A stretch of DNA of 64,000 nucleotides from Octopus sinensis (taxonomy: Eukaryota): contig NC_043016.1 in the NCBI RefSeq assembly GCF_006345805.1, positions 4,712,001 to 4,776,000 on the forward strand. The letters are read 5' to 3'. Of the stretch, positions 28,365 through 41,029 are shown piece after piece. The notes below the pieces were generated by a model. It ran no database searches and was not told where the DNA came from. It worked only from the letters and a program-made list of their open reading frames with translations. A program made the translations under genes and the position numbers. Each line of letters starts with the position of its first letter. The stretch's first letter is position 1.

Positions 28365-28787
28365 TACTCTTTACTCTTTTACTTGTTTCAGTCATTTGAC
28401 TGTGCCCATGCTGGAGCACCGCCTTTAATCGAGCAACTCGACCCTGGGACTTATTCTTTGTAAGCCCAGTACTTATTCTATCGGTCTCTTTTTGCCGAAC
28501 CACTAAGTGACGGGGACATAAACACACCAGTATCGGTTGTCAAGCAATGCTAGGGGGACAAACATAGACACACAAACATACACGCACACACACACACACA
28601 TATATATATATATACATATATACGACGGGCTTCTTTCAGTTTCCCTCTACCAAATCCACTCACAAGTCTTTGGTCGGCCCGAGGCTATAGTAGAAGACAC
28701 TTGCCCAAGGTGCCACGCAGTGGGACTGAACCCGGAACTAGGTGATTGGTAAGCAAGCTACTTACCACACAGCCACTCCTGCACCTA
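28365..28787 (-). mobile_element. SINE family B, full length
   Basis: Near-identical to 24886-25286. Confidence 0.88.
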
Positions 28788-28789
28788 TC

Positions 28790-29120
28790 TATGCCAATCT
28801 ATGCAGATAAAAAGCTGCAACATAAGCAACCAGTTATTTTCTATGGAAAGAGTCCAAAGAATGGATTTGCATCAATGCAGACCAAAATACCTGCAGACTG
28901 GAATACTGTTAGAATGGAGAATGACAAAGCTGAGAAGTACCAGAAGTATCAAGCACCAGAATTGAAATGCATCCATAAAACCTCAAAAAGTGAGAGTGAT
29001 ACTTATAGTGATTAGGGCATTTGGGATCATCTCAAAGAAAGCAATATTCTTGGTTAGAAAAACTGCAAATTCCAAACTTCATAGGAAGTATTTAGCTGGC
29101 AGCAATACTTGGAACAATTT
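28790..29120 (+). pseudogene. Highly decayed R4/Dong-like endonuclease remnant
   Basis: IYADKKLQHKQPVIF..ENDKAEKYQ..VILIVIRAFGIISKK..LAAILGT. Confidence 0.5.
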
Positions 29121-29312
29121 ATGTGTTGAGGAAAGTGTTGCATCTCTAAACTGTAGGAAGAAGCTGCGATGTGACATAGATAATCCAGTAGTGGTAGTAG
29201 TAGTAGTAGCAGCAGCAGCAGCACTACTACTACTACTACTACTACACTACTACTACTACTACTACTAATAATAATAATAATAATAATATAATAATAATAA
29301 TATAATAATAAT

Positions 29313-29866
29313 GCTCTGATGCAGTACCAGGCAGTGGCTCTCATGGCTTCTGATTTTAACTGATTGGAAGTGTTATCATGTACATTGTTTTGTCTTGGTA
29401 TAAAAGATGGGCTACAGCAAATATTCTGCTCAATACCACAGATTTGCTTGTCAGTTGCTTGACCTTAACCAGTTGAGCATGTCCCTTAGTGGCTGACAAT
29501 ACGTGCATCTCTGATCACGAGCAGAAGTAGTGGGGGAGCATCATAGCCATGTGTTGAGAGGGATTCTTTGGAGTTTGAATAATTCACCTCTGGAAACATA
29601 GGTGTTTCGTTCAACATCCTAAAGCAACCCTTATTCAGGGATCTTTTGAGCGGGATGGGCTACTCGACCTGAAGAAAATTCTAACTGGGCCCCACCTGCA
29701 AGGTCATGTGCTGTTTATCTTGATATGAGATCACCATGTCGCGCACATATGGTTGTGATGCATGTGCCTGGTGTACCCTTATCAGATGGGTAGTCATGAT
29801 GGGTATGCTGGGCTTCGTATATTTTACCCCAGTGTCACTTTGATGGCATGCACTGCTCTCTCACTC
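29313..29866. mobile_element. Unclassified ~550-bp element flanked by (AAT)n, copy 1
   Basis: Aligns end to end with 54088-54628 in the same orientation. No ORF or TIR seen. Confidence 0.8.
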
Positions 29867-30169
29867 AATAATAATAATAATAATAATAATGATAATATTG
29901 TTATATTTCGGAATGGTCATTTTACCAGTTTAGCCAATGAAAACACACGCACTATATATTTGGCGTTTACTTTGCTTCAACGTTATTTATTTTTTACATT
30001 AATCTTAATTTATTTCGGCCAGAGTTCTTTCGTTACACTCCTGTGACCGCATCAGTGGTCCTTTGCTTTCTTCTTTCTTATTTGTGTGTCTCTCCTTACT
30101 AACGGTCAGCCATTTTGTATTTCGTATTTCTATTAGTTGCCAGTTTTGCAACTTTCACCCACTTTTCAA

Positions 30170-30855
30170 TAAACTCACACGAGGACAGCACCTCCCTCTC
30201 CACCCTCAGTTTCCTTTTTCAATTTCCACAACCAAAGAGGTAAGTGTCTGTCTTTATGCTTTTCAGTCTCATCCCCCATACAACCCCTTTTGCCACAACC
30301 ACCAGGCAAAGGAAAACTGCTTTGCCTGCCCGATTAAAGGAGGGCGGCGGGGAAATAATCGCTTTGGACTCGGCCGACAGACGAATCGGTCTCACACATG
30401 ACAGCGGCTGTTCGGCATAACCCCACAAGTCAGCAATGCCTGTACACTGAACGAGGGGGTGCAGAACGGTTTCGTCACTTTGTGCGCACCTTGGACAAAC
30501 CCGTCTGACAGTACATCCGTGCCTGTAGAGTTTATCTCGACCCAGTAGAGCACTGCAAAGCCAAGGGCATCTGGAAATTATCCATGGCAGTTCCCGACCA
30601 GAAAGTCTTAGTTTTTGTCGAGACTCAGAGTCACCCCGAGGATGCCATCGCATTTAGTCGCCATTAATTCTCTGTAAATGTCTAAAGCAGAACATCCACC
30701 AATCCCATTGCTCGACTATTAGAGGACTGTGAGTGCCTGACGACATTCCTGGTGCCAGGCGCCCAGACTCCGTCTTTTCTTCACCCAGAACTGCAACTCC
30801 GTCAATTGCACGAGCTGTGGAAAGACGTGCCTCAAAAACGGAGCCCCCACACACT
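30170..30855 (-). pseudogene. L1/Tx1-clade ORF2 3' fragment (zf-RVT region)
   Basis: ORF 30219-30653: RDKLYRHG..CPRCAQSDETVLHPLVQC..IADLW..GKAVFLCLVVVAK..W is the typical C-terminal CxxC..ETxxH..C motif. Confidence 0.75.
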
Positions 30856-30879
30856 CAATAATAATGATGGTTTCAAATT

Positions 30880-31090
30880 TTCATACAAGGTCAACAACTT
30901 TGGGGGGAGAGGATAAGTCGATTTCATCGACCCTACTGTTTCTTTGGTACTTATTTAATGGACCTAGAAAGTGGACCTCAGTGGAATTTGAACTCTGAAC
31001 GTAAAGCATTTCGCCCGACTGGTAGAGGGCTGTAAGCGCCTGACGACATTCCATGTGCCAGGCGCGGTAACAATTCTGCCAGCTCGCCGC
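30880..31090 (-). mobile_element. SINE family A copy
   Basis: gtggaatttgaactctgaacgt..caattctgccagctcgccgcc followed by (aat)n. Confidence 0.75.
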
Positions 31091-31091
31091 C

Positions 31092-31123
<32 letters not shown>

Positions 31124-31189
31124 GAAGAAGAAGAAAAGAAGAAGAAGAAGAAGAAGAAGAAGAAAAAGCCATATTCTTGGTCAACTACG

Positions 31190-31965
31190 TATTCTTGGGT
31201 GTGGGGTGGAGGGGATAAAGGCTTCAGGCACCTCATGCATAATGTCTTATTAGAAGCAACTGTCATTAGACATTTCGACTGGATTCTCAGTGCAACCAAG
31301 TGAGATTATGGTTATTATCCAACCACCTCGTTCGTGGCTTACCCTAAGGTTTCTTGTTGATTGACTTGGCTTCAAGAATCCCTCATGTGATTCTTTCCTC
31401 CGACATTCTAATCATATGTCCGTTGTACCGGAGCTGTGATCTCTCAATGCCGAGAAGTAGAGACTCGACCTGAAGAGATTCCCAGATTTCCAAACTAGGA
31501 TCTTTTCAGTTTGAATAGCAGTTTTTTTCCAGCAGTGTCATATGAAATTGTCACCCATAATTATGACCCTAGTATCGATCTATTGCATTTCAATCTCTTT
31601 TAGGGTTAGTTAGGGTTAGGGGCGGGGGGAAAGGTATCTTTTTTTCTTCACAAATGTAAATAAACCCAATCTGTTTCTTAAACGAGGGACATATTCATAC
31701 GGCACAGAAGGTCTTTTACCTCAATAGACGTATTTGATTGGTTGAAATTGCAGAAATTGAAGAAAAAATTTCTTACAAACTATAGAATTTTCTCAATAAA
31801 GCCAAGAGAAAAAGATGTTTTATAAACACATTCTACCAGTATACGAAGTTTAAAAGTGTTCAGTTACCTAGAAATTATGTTAAAAATTGCCGTTCAAACC
31901 GGAAAGATCCCCAAGCTACTCACCGTATCTAGGCACGTTACTCCAAAGACCCTTCAGATATAACA
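31190..31965 (-). pseudogene. RTE-clade LINE 3' end interrupted by a MITE
   Basis: Removing the MITE and one TSD restores ..FGVTCLDTVSSLEIWESLQVESLLLGIERSQLRYNGHMIRMSEERI..KP*GKPRTRWLDN. Confidence 0.8.
31498..31910. mobile_element. MITE with ~29-bp imperfect TIRs and 8-bp TSD (Merlin- or hAT-type)
   Basis: ggatcttttcagtttgaatagcagttttt / aaaaattgccgttcaaaccggaaagatcc. TSD ccaaacta (31490-31497) and ccaagcta (31911-31918). Confidence 0.8.
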
Positions 31966-33561
31966 ACAACAACGACAAGATTTTCTTTATTAAGCACAAG
32001 GACTAACAAAATCCTAACTTAGGCAGAAGTCTATTGAATAAAGTAAACTTGACTGGTACTATTTTATTGACTCTGGAAAGATGAACAAGAAAGTAGACCC
32101 AGCGGAATTTGAACTGGAATGTAACTAAATACCAGAAGGCAATTTGTATGACTGTCTACCGTTTCTGCTTTCCACCGCCCTCTGTAATAATATTAATAAT
32201 GTTGGTTTCTTACATTGCCAGAAATAGAAAAAACATTAACAGTTCCGCAAGTTTGCTTAAACATTTTAAATGTTTCTTTAATACCGCACTAAATAAATAC
32301 ATAGCATTGTACTCGCAATGGGTGGTAGATCTAACACGCTGCTCGGTTTAATACCATCGCTTGGTCCTTGGGTGTCTTTAATGAAATTCACAATGTTGAA
32401 AACAATCGGACCAGACAGCCACCGACTTTAGGTTGCCTCCCTGCCCAGGTCCTTCTTGCAGACAGGCTGAACATCAATCGCAAAAATCTCATTATTCTTA
32501 GACATAGAGAGGGTTGACATGAGTATTCTCCTCCTTCTTGACTGACTTATAAAAGAATGACAACACTTTACACATGTTGTAGAGTACTTTCTACATCGCA
32601 TATCGACATGAAGCGAAGTTACTAAGTCTACAGTAAAGTGCAGTGGAAATAGAATCATACTTTCTCTCCAAGGTTGAGTGCAGCCTGTATACTCTTCAAC
32701 AGGCCGCGCTTGACATTTCTACCACTTATGACTTCTTAAGAAACTATATGTAAATAGTCATGGAAGAATTTGTCAAATCACAGTCCTTTAATATTTATTC
32801 TTTTAAACATGAAACAGATCTGAATGGACAAATAAAAACCTCATTACATTGCAAGGAGTAATTGAAAACACAAATGTTAAATAACTCCAAAGCGATTGTA
32901 TTTTTATCCCACAGACGCGCTGTCGAACGTCTGTGAGATACAAATCAAAATCGCATTAAAATTATTTATATTTATACAAGCATTCTGGCTATTCAACCAC
33001 CACAACAACGGCTTCTGCTCTTCTAAATTAGCTAACTCCCCTCACAATTAAATGGCATATCCGCCTCTTTTCTGATAAATCAAAACATGTCTATTGCTTT
33101 CTTTCACCAGTTGGCTAATACAAGAACCATTCCCATCTGCATCGTGTATAATTTTCTAAAAGTTTTCAGATACTTGATTTTTATTGAAGGTATCTCTCTA
33201 GTTTAGTGTTATTAAAATTTAAACACCCTCAAGAGGGAGCTTTTGTATATTAATTCCACGAATAATCTCATTTGATCGAAGCATTTTTTTTCTTCAACTT
33301 ACAGATGCGGGACCTTACTGCATGTTGACTTTGAGAATATCAACAGTATCAATATCAACAGTCTCGGAGAAACTGCAAAAGCCCCACTGAAATAAATCGT
33401 CCATATTTTATACCGCCACCACACAAGTGGATTTTAAAACATCAACGGACGGCACCAAATCGCCTTTTCTTATTTAAGCTACATAGAGAGAAATTCGTGT
33501 TTTTGAAAAGTGGAATATGATCATGTCAGACTAGTCTACCTCTGAGAATGTGAGAGAAGGA

Positions 33562-33620
<59 letters not shown>

Positions 33621-34164
33621 ATTGTTTTCTCTCTTTCTAGATGACAGGTCAACCTGGAAACATCTCACCCACTATGTACAATTTTTACCAAAATTCATGA
33701 ACTTCACTACATATTTCTTGTTAATGTAGACCGTTCTCATTTTGTTTGGATTAGTTCTTCTTCGTTGTTCTCTCTCTCTCTCTCTCTCTCTCTCGCCTAA
33801 AATATACATATGAAAATCGTGTTTGTCCGGTTTTTTAAATATAACCAAGACTCCAGCTCCTACCTAGATACCGAAAAGTCACAGAGGCTGCAACCACACG
33901 GATGACTGGAGAATTGAGACTACTTCCACCTATTCTGTACCTTCAGCGTAACCTCACTAGTGAAGAAGCTATGGAATATGGCGGTTTCTCATTGTCACAA
34001 TCGCGCATTATATTCGAAGGCCCACCGTCCTCAACAAGTTCGAACCTTGGCGTACGACTAGGATTACAGTGAGGGAGCGCTGTGCTGGAATACTAGCTTC
34101 ACTTTCTCTTCCCTGACTTCGTGGACCTGTGGTATGTTGGGTGAAGGTGATGGGGTGTATGCTA

Positions 34165-34590
34165 GCAATTTATTTTACGACCGAGTTCCAACCCGGGCCG
34201 CAGCAACAAAGTTCACCCGCTAAACTTCTGGGTCCAACATCATTGCCTCGAGATCCTAGATACATTCCAGGCTAGCTTCTGCATCAAGTTGTCGATGTGT
34301 GACGATATTTTCCTTTTCTTACATCACCATGAAGTGGGTTCCATGTAATTAATTGCGTTACTTCGAGCAAAGGTTCGCGTACGCAGTGGTCAGATAGTTG
34401 CAGCCGTCTTTGCCTGATATTCTCGCTAACTTTCGACAGGTCTCCATAAAGACATCCGTTTGTTACAAGTTATTGCTATTTCATATTTAGGGCCATTCGT
34501 AACATCCTTGTGTAGCATCTACTTATCCCGTTTGATCATTTTTTTGTGAGTGTCCATGTTCCACTGCCGTTTAATAGCACCGAGTTATTT
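34165..34590 (-). pseudogene. RTE-clade LINE 3' end
   Basis: LLNGSGTWTLTKK..CYTRMLRMALN..LYGDLSKVSENIRQRRLQLSDHCVR..LITWNPLHG..IDNL..EAMMLDPEV*R. Confidence 0.8.
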
Positions 34591-35099
34591 GGTTGATATA
34601 TAAATTCATGAATTTTGCAGATATATAGATGGATAACATAAGAGGCTGATTGATAGAAAATCAAAATTGCATAAAATTGTAGAGCAGCTTTTCCGCGTAA
34701 CCATTTAACTACTGTTTAATCGTTTCCACTAGCGGAGGCACAAGAAGCTGGTTGTTGATAGGTTTGGAGAGAAATAGGTAGACAGGTAGGTAGGATGGTA
34801 GGAAGGTATAAAGGTATGTCGGTACATGGAAACTTGATTCTTAATTAGAAAAGAAACACCCAACCAACTGACTATGAGTCGTAAGCGAAACCATAAATAT
34901 ATAGCATTATTCTTGAAAAACAATTAAATACTGAAATGTTGTCTACAGAAGTCATTTTATTCGCAAGACATATCAGTGAGTACCTCACGGCGGCCACTTG
35001 GTACACTTAAAATATAAATTCATAAATATACATATTTGAATTCATATATATACATGTGTGTGCACGTGCTTTTGCGTGTTGTGTGTGTATATGTATGCA

Positions 35100-35192
<93 letters not shown>

Positions 35193-35232
35193 GTCTCTCT
35201 GTCTCTCTGTCTGTTTGTCTATCTATCTACCC

Positions 35233-35275
<43 letters not shown>

Positions 35276-35289
35276 GATCTATCTGTCTC

Positions 35290-35340
<51 letters not shown>
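35100..35340. repeat. (ATCT)n/(GTCT)n microsatellite
   Basis: Directly visible. Confidence 0.95.
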
Positions 35341-35341
<1 letters not shown>

Positions 35342-35358
35342 CCTTATTTATATGTAGT

Positions 35359-35727
35359 GGAGGTGCAATAGCCCAGTGGTTAGGGCAGCGAACTCGCGGT
35401 CGTATGATCGCGGTTTCGATTCCCAGACCGGTCGCTGTCAGTGTTTATTGAGCGAAAACACCTAAAGCTCAACGAGGCTCTGGCAGGGGATGGTGGCGAA
35501 CCCTGCTGTACTCTTTCACCCCAACTTTATCTCGCTCTTTTTTCTTCCTGTATTTCAAGGGGCCAGCCTTGTCACACTCTGTGTCACGCTGAATCTCTCC
35601 CGAGAACTACGTTAAGGATACACGTGTCGGTGGAGTGCTCAGCCACTTGCATGTTAATTTCACGAGCAAGCTGTTCCGTTGATCGGATCGACTGGAACCC
35701 TCGTCGTCGTAACCAACGGTGTACAAC
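35359..35727 (+). mobile_element. tRNA-derived SINE; head related to family E
   Basis: A box tagcccagtggtt and B box gtttcgattccc. The first ~130 bp resemble 12706-12835 and the 3' half differs. Confidence 0.75.
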
Positions 35728-35807
35728 GATTTATGTGTATGCACACAAATACATATACACACATATACACCTCTTTTGCTCCATAAATTTATGTGTATGT
35801 ATGTATG

Positions 35808-36040
35808 TGTGGTGTTAGTGGAGAGGATTGCAGATGAGGTAGGCAGAAGTGAATACAAGGGGAACAGCCACGGGGCCCGAAGCACGTTTGGGCAGTTCGA
35901 GCAGAGACGGCAGCGTGCAAGGACGTGTTTATTTCTTGACAGTGATCGCTCATCTCACCTAGGTCAACAGGTAAGGCCCTTTGTATTTCTTTCTCCCGTT
36001 TGCTTCTTTTTCTGTTGTTTTTTTCCTCCATCACACTACA
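35808..36040 (+). repeat. Putative 5' LTR of a Ty3/gypsy-like element
   Basis: Begins TGTGGTG and ends CACTACA (imperfect terminal inverted repeat). It is followed by a PBS-position motif agttatttcggccca (36041-36055) and then gag. Confidence 0.6.
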
Positions 36041-36077
36041 AGTTATTTCGGCCCATAACAAAAAAAAAAAAAAACGA

Positions 36078-36560
36078 ATGATGAGTGTTGTCCGTATTTC
36101 GAACGATATGGTCAAACCGTTCTGCGGTGACACGGATGTAGTCGCTTGGTTGAAGAAGCTGAAGTCGGTGGCGAAGCTCCACGGTATAAACGACTTAACG
36201 AGTTTTATACCGCTGTACCTAGATAGTTCGGCGTTGGCGCTGTACCTAGATAGTTCGGCGTTGGCGCTGTACCTAGATAGTTCGGCGTTGGCGCTGTACC
36301 TAGAAATGGAAGAGAGGGACCAACTTAGCGCGGAAAAAATAGAAATCCGTTTGATGGAGACCATTGCAAAGGGAATGTTCGAAGCGTACGCTCGCCTGGG
36401 GAAAGCAAAGTGGACTGGCAAACAGGTCAACGTATTTGCGAACGAACACAGAAGATTGGCTAAACTGGCGGGATATGGAGGGGAATCACTGGACCGAACG
36501 GAAAAGGTAGCGTTTGTGACTGGGTTTCCTGACCACATGTCGGTTGAGTTGCAAAAAAAA
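36078..36560 (+). pseudogene. Ty3/gypsy-like gag N-terminal fragment, truncated by a microsatellite
   Basis: MMSVVRISNDMVKPFCGDTDVVAWLKKLKSVAKL..FIPLYL..ALALYLEM..AYARL..FANEHRRLAKLAG..KVAFVTGFPDHMSVELQ resembles invertebrate gypsy gag. The rest of ORF 36000-37223 is (ACAT)n. Confidence 0.7.
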
Positions 36561-36567
36561 ACATTCG

Positions 36568-37420
36568 AACATACATACAAACATACTTACATACGTACGT
36601 ACATACACACACACATACATACATACATACATACATACATACATACATACACACACACATACATACATACATACATACACACACACATACATACATACAT
36701 ACATACATACATACACACACACATACATACATACATACATACATACATACACACACACATACATACATACATACATACATACACACACACATACATACAT
36801 ACACACACATACAAACATACATACATACATACATGCATGCATACATACATACATACATACAAATATACATACATACATACATGCATGCATACATACATAC
36901 ATACATACATACATACATACACACATACATACATACATACAAACATACATACATACATACATGCATACATACATACATACATACATACATACATACACAC
37001 ATACATACACACATACATACATACATACACACATACATACATACATACATACATACATACATACATACACACATACATACATACATACATACATACATAC
37101 ATACATACATACATACATACATACATACATACATACACACATACATACATACAACATACATACATACATACATACACATACATACATAATACATACATAC
37201 ATACATCATACATACATACATAATACATACATACATACATACATACATACATACATACACACCTACATACACACATACATACATACATAACACATACATA
37301 CATACATACACACATACATACATACATACATAACATACATACATACACACACATACATACATCATACATACATACATACATACATACATACACACATACA
37401 TACATACATACATACATACA
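36568..37420. repeat. ~850-bp (ACAT)n/(AC)n microsatellite
   Basis: Directly visible. Confidence 0.97.
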
Positions 37421-38003
37421 ACGGAAAACAGGCACATAAGGTCCGCAACTCCTCATCAGTTATCGGCCAGCGGGTCAACCGCAATTTCGCGGTTTTAACG
37501 ATAATATCGATTCCCTTCTGGTGGCGACCGGCAAGATCGATTTTGCTGGGAAATGGGACCGAAACATTACAGAACGGGAAAGGACAAACAATAAATAAAC
37601 AAGCAATACAGAAATGGACATACAAAAATAAATAAACGTAATTCAAGACAAGACCGTTAGTGGATGGACGAAGGATATATATATGTATGTATTTATGTAA
37701 GTAACTATGTAACTTTCTATATATGTGTGTGTGTATGTGTGTGTGTGCGCATATATATGCATATGTATTTATACACACAGACACATACACAATTATATCT
37801 AAACACATATTTTGGCGGCACTGAACCAAATGATTTTGTTTTCTGTTTTTATTTGTTTGAGAATTGATATTATTTATGTAACTAACTTAATCTTTAAACA
37901 TGCTTCATTTTAATGCTTCAGTGTTTTTGTATGTGTGCATGTGTATACATGCATATTCGTTTGAGTCTGTGTATGTGTATATATAACATACAAACGTACA
38001 CAT

Positions 38004-38035
<32 letters not shown>

Positions 38036-38627
38036 TATGTGTATGTGTGTTTGTATTTATATATGTATATTCATATATACATATATATATTTATATATGT
38101 TATATATATATATATATATATATACAGACACACATACATGTATGTGTGTGTATATATGTGTGTGTCTTTGTGTGTGTATAAATACATATGCATATATATG
38201 CACACACACACACACATAGTGGTATATTTCGGTGAAAACCTTGTAATGAACTCCAATGTTATTATTTGACTGCCACATGATATTCTTCGGTGGTTCATAT
38301 TCCAGGGCTGGATACACATGTGGAAATGTGGAACTCTTATTTAGATTTGATCAAATAAAAGATAATATTATACAAAGATGGATAACAGGCTTTAATAGTG
38401 AATTACAATATTTGCTTCTGCACCACATACCAGATTTAAGGTGTTCAGTTTATTTTCAAAAACTATTAACGAACATTCTTTAGAATTATTATATACTTCA
38501 ATGCTGTTCATCAACAGTTGTGTGTGGTTACATGTCCCTCCATTCAATTCCATACACCTCTGCCTACCTCAGTACACCCCATCCAATACCAGGCCACATG
38601 TAGATAACGTTGCCCAAAATGCTTTCA

Positions 38628-38848
38628 CCCTTTCGTTACCAACTCGGCTGAAACCGCCTCTAGCTCTGTAGTACAAATGTTTTGTTTTCTTAAGTTTTGA
38701 ATTAAAATTTTCCACCAAACCTTAGTCACAATTTATGTTGCTAACACTAGCTTAATGGTAACTAAGTTATTTTTCTAAATTCTTTGTTATATTTAAAATA
38801 ATTGAAAGAAACACAGAGCATCTCCAAATAATTACAGTAATGAAAAGT
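38628..38848. mobile_element. piggyBac-type MITE, second copy, opposite orientation
   Basis: Starts ccctttcgttacc; the body is the reverse complement of 20290-20449 plus 19896-19935. The right end is degenerate and followed by TTAA. Confidence 0.7.
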
Positions 38849-39629
38849 TTAATCAATGGTTCATGTGCATTGTAAATAGAGTAATGTCATAAAATTAAGC
38901 AAGGTTTTGACAGATTAAAGTATGATGGAAGGAACAGGTTTACTATTATAGATGGGGAGAGTTATGGCTGCTTTGTATTTTACCTGATTGGATACGGGGC
39001 TGGAATAGTGCCCAGAGGAGATGAAATACAGTAGTGATAAGGTTAGAGAAATGGTTAATGCTAAGAATGTGAAATAGATATTGATATGAAGAGTCTTGGG
39101 AAAGGGGCTGTGGTTGCTTTGGAGGAGTAAAGGGGAAGAAGTGACAAATTTGGACTTAATCTGCTCCTAGCTGTATGCATACAGTCTCTATGCTGATTAT
39201 GCTTAGGGAGTTTTTGTCATACTGAACTAATGTAAGTTGGTTGACCTTCTCAAGGACTGTGTATTGACAATCATCTTAGCCTTTACCATCTTATCCCGCA
39301 TTTTCCTGGGGTTTCCTTTCTCTCTACACAGCTATCCTTATCGATATGCATCACACTTCTCTCTTGCACTCTACATCTAATTACTTTTATGACCAAATTT
39401 TCTCTCAATATATTTGTATTCTGTTCACCATGCATCACTGTGCCCCAGCTGGAGCCTGCTTGATTTTTTTTGTCTTTTAGTCATCACTGATCGTCTGTAT
39501 TCAGGACATCAGTCTCACTACAAAGTATCATTGCAATTATGCACAAGCACCATACAGTCTGTCTTTCAGTCTGAGAGAGAAGCATTTTGTTGCCAACAGA
39601 GGTAATATAAACTTACTCCAACTATTTCT

Positions 39630-39960
39630 TATTCTTCGCCACTGCTAAGTAGGTCACCTAGATAACAGAAAGTATGCCTTGAACTTCTTGGGATCCTCCT
39701 GTGTATATGAAAACATCTATTTCCCATGTGCTTTTAGAGTTTATTGCTCCTGCACATCCACCGTATACAAAATCTGTTTTCTCTGTTATCATGCCAAAAA
39801 TACCCCTACAAACTTTTTTGGGGTCCATGGTCTGCATTGGGTACACTGTGTTAGAGTTTTCTCACTCCCTTTTTTTACTTCTCAAGCAAAGCCATTTCCC
39901 TGATGGAAGTGGGTTCCTGTCTGCCTACTTACTGGTATTTTAGTCTTCACTAAGTTAACT
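39630..39960 (-). pseudogene. RTE-clade RT fragment
   Basis: QCTQCRPWT..TEKTDFVYGGCAGAI..TFCYLGDLLSSG (FxYLG motif). Confidence 0.65.
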
Positions 39961-40092
39961 TTGAGGTCCTTTGATTCCAAGTTTGTGCGTTTGTATGCAT
40001 ATGTGTGTATTTATGCATGTATGTATATATATATATGTGTGTGTGTCTGTGTGTGTGTGTATAGAGTGTATATTATATATATATATATATAT

Positions 40093-40260
40093 ATAATAAT
40101 AATATTAGGGAGTATATCCAAAATTATAGGGAAAAATTAGATTTAGGGTTAAATCAAATTTCACAGTATGACTATAAATTAAATTAGAGATAAAACCACT
40201 ATTAGGCAACTCAAACAGTGATAGACATAAACCAATACATAAATAACAAAAAAAAATAAA
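40093..40260. repeat. AT-rich dispersed repeat; inverted partial copy at about 42365-42452 and a restart at 42500-42519
   Basis: tagagataaaaccactattaggcaactcaaa(a)cagtgatagacataaacc occurs in both orientations. Confidence 0.7.
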
Positions 40261-41029
40261 TATAATAACAATATATATATAAAATATAAAATTTAAATAT
40301 AAATTAGACTTTTTCTTTAACTAACCAAAAATTATATAAAAGCTAAATATAATATAAGTAAATACAAATATAAATTTAAAATTTTAATAATTTAAATTTT
40401 AAATTGTCAACTTCGCCCGAAAAAGGAATTCCAGCTAAGCAATATTAATTTAATTCAGCCCCTACCTACCAGAAATATTTCTGGGCAATTGATTGATCTT
40501 TAGTTACCCCTGTTTATCTCTATTATATTATGACTTTGTCTATTTCAGCCTCACGCCTCGTGTTATATATATATATATAATTCTATAGTTCATCTCTATA
40601 TATTGATGTCTCGTGTCTTGTGTTAAATATATATATAATCCTATAGCTCGCTCCCTAATTTTATCGATCAGCCTCACGTCTCGTTAAATATAGAATAAAT
40701 ATATTTATAATTTTATAGCTCCTTATCGCTAAGATAAATTTAGCTCACGTAATCTGCAAAATATCTCTCTCTCAAATTTAGGTATTTTATACCTACAAAT
40801 AAGTAAGTATTCCTTTCCAAGAAAGGAATGGCGTACATGGTTGCTAGTTTTCGCCCTCGCACCCCCTCCACCAGTACAGGAAGTCCTAAATTTTCTCATC
40901 CTTGTTGTCTCCCATGTACATTTCAAAGTCTTACACCACCCCACCTCCTTCCATAAAAGGTAGTGGTCATTCATTGCAAGATATGTTAGTGTAGTGTACG
41001 TGGTTTGAACTTGAGTTTTATTGTTTGTA

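Noticed and set aside
31599-31622. Interstitial telomere or chromosome-fusion signature
   Set aside because: Only about three TTAGGG units, and they lie inside a MITE.
32428-32658. ORF region with an ALYCRLS motif in another frame, reminiscent of serine recombinases
   Set aside because: It is a single short motif in a frame with stops and has no supporting domain.
33305-33395. Possible terminal exon after a polypyrimidine tract and CAG
   Set aside because: All three frames are short and resemble no protein I recognise, and no partner exons were identified. RNA-seq is needed.
36000-37456. Long ORFs (up to 407 aa) here and at 50132-50880, 56838-58352, 60879-61998 and in the (TA)n blocks
   Set aside because: They are translations of microsatellites that lack stop codons. 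Only the gag portion (36078-36560) is protein-like.
38198-38330. Possible minus-strand exon (STFPHVYPALEYEPPKNIMWQSNNNIGVHYK)
   Set aside because: The acceptor is weak, the donor is non-consensus and there is no recognisable homology.
40740-40865. Faint similarity to Penelope RT (KLATMYAIPFLE..RYFADY)
   Set aside because: Too short and degenerate to distinguish from chance without a profile search.
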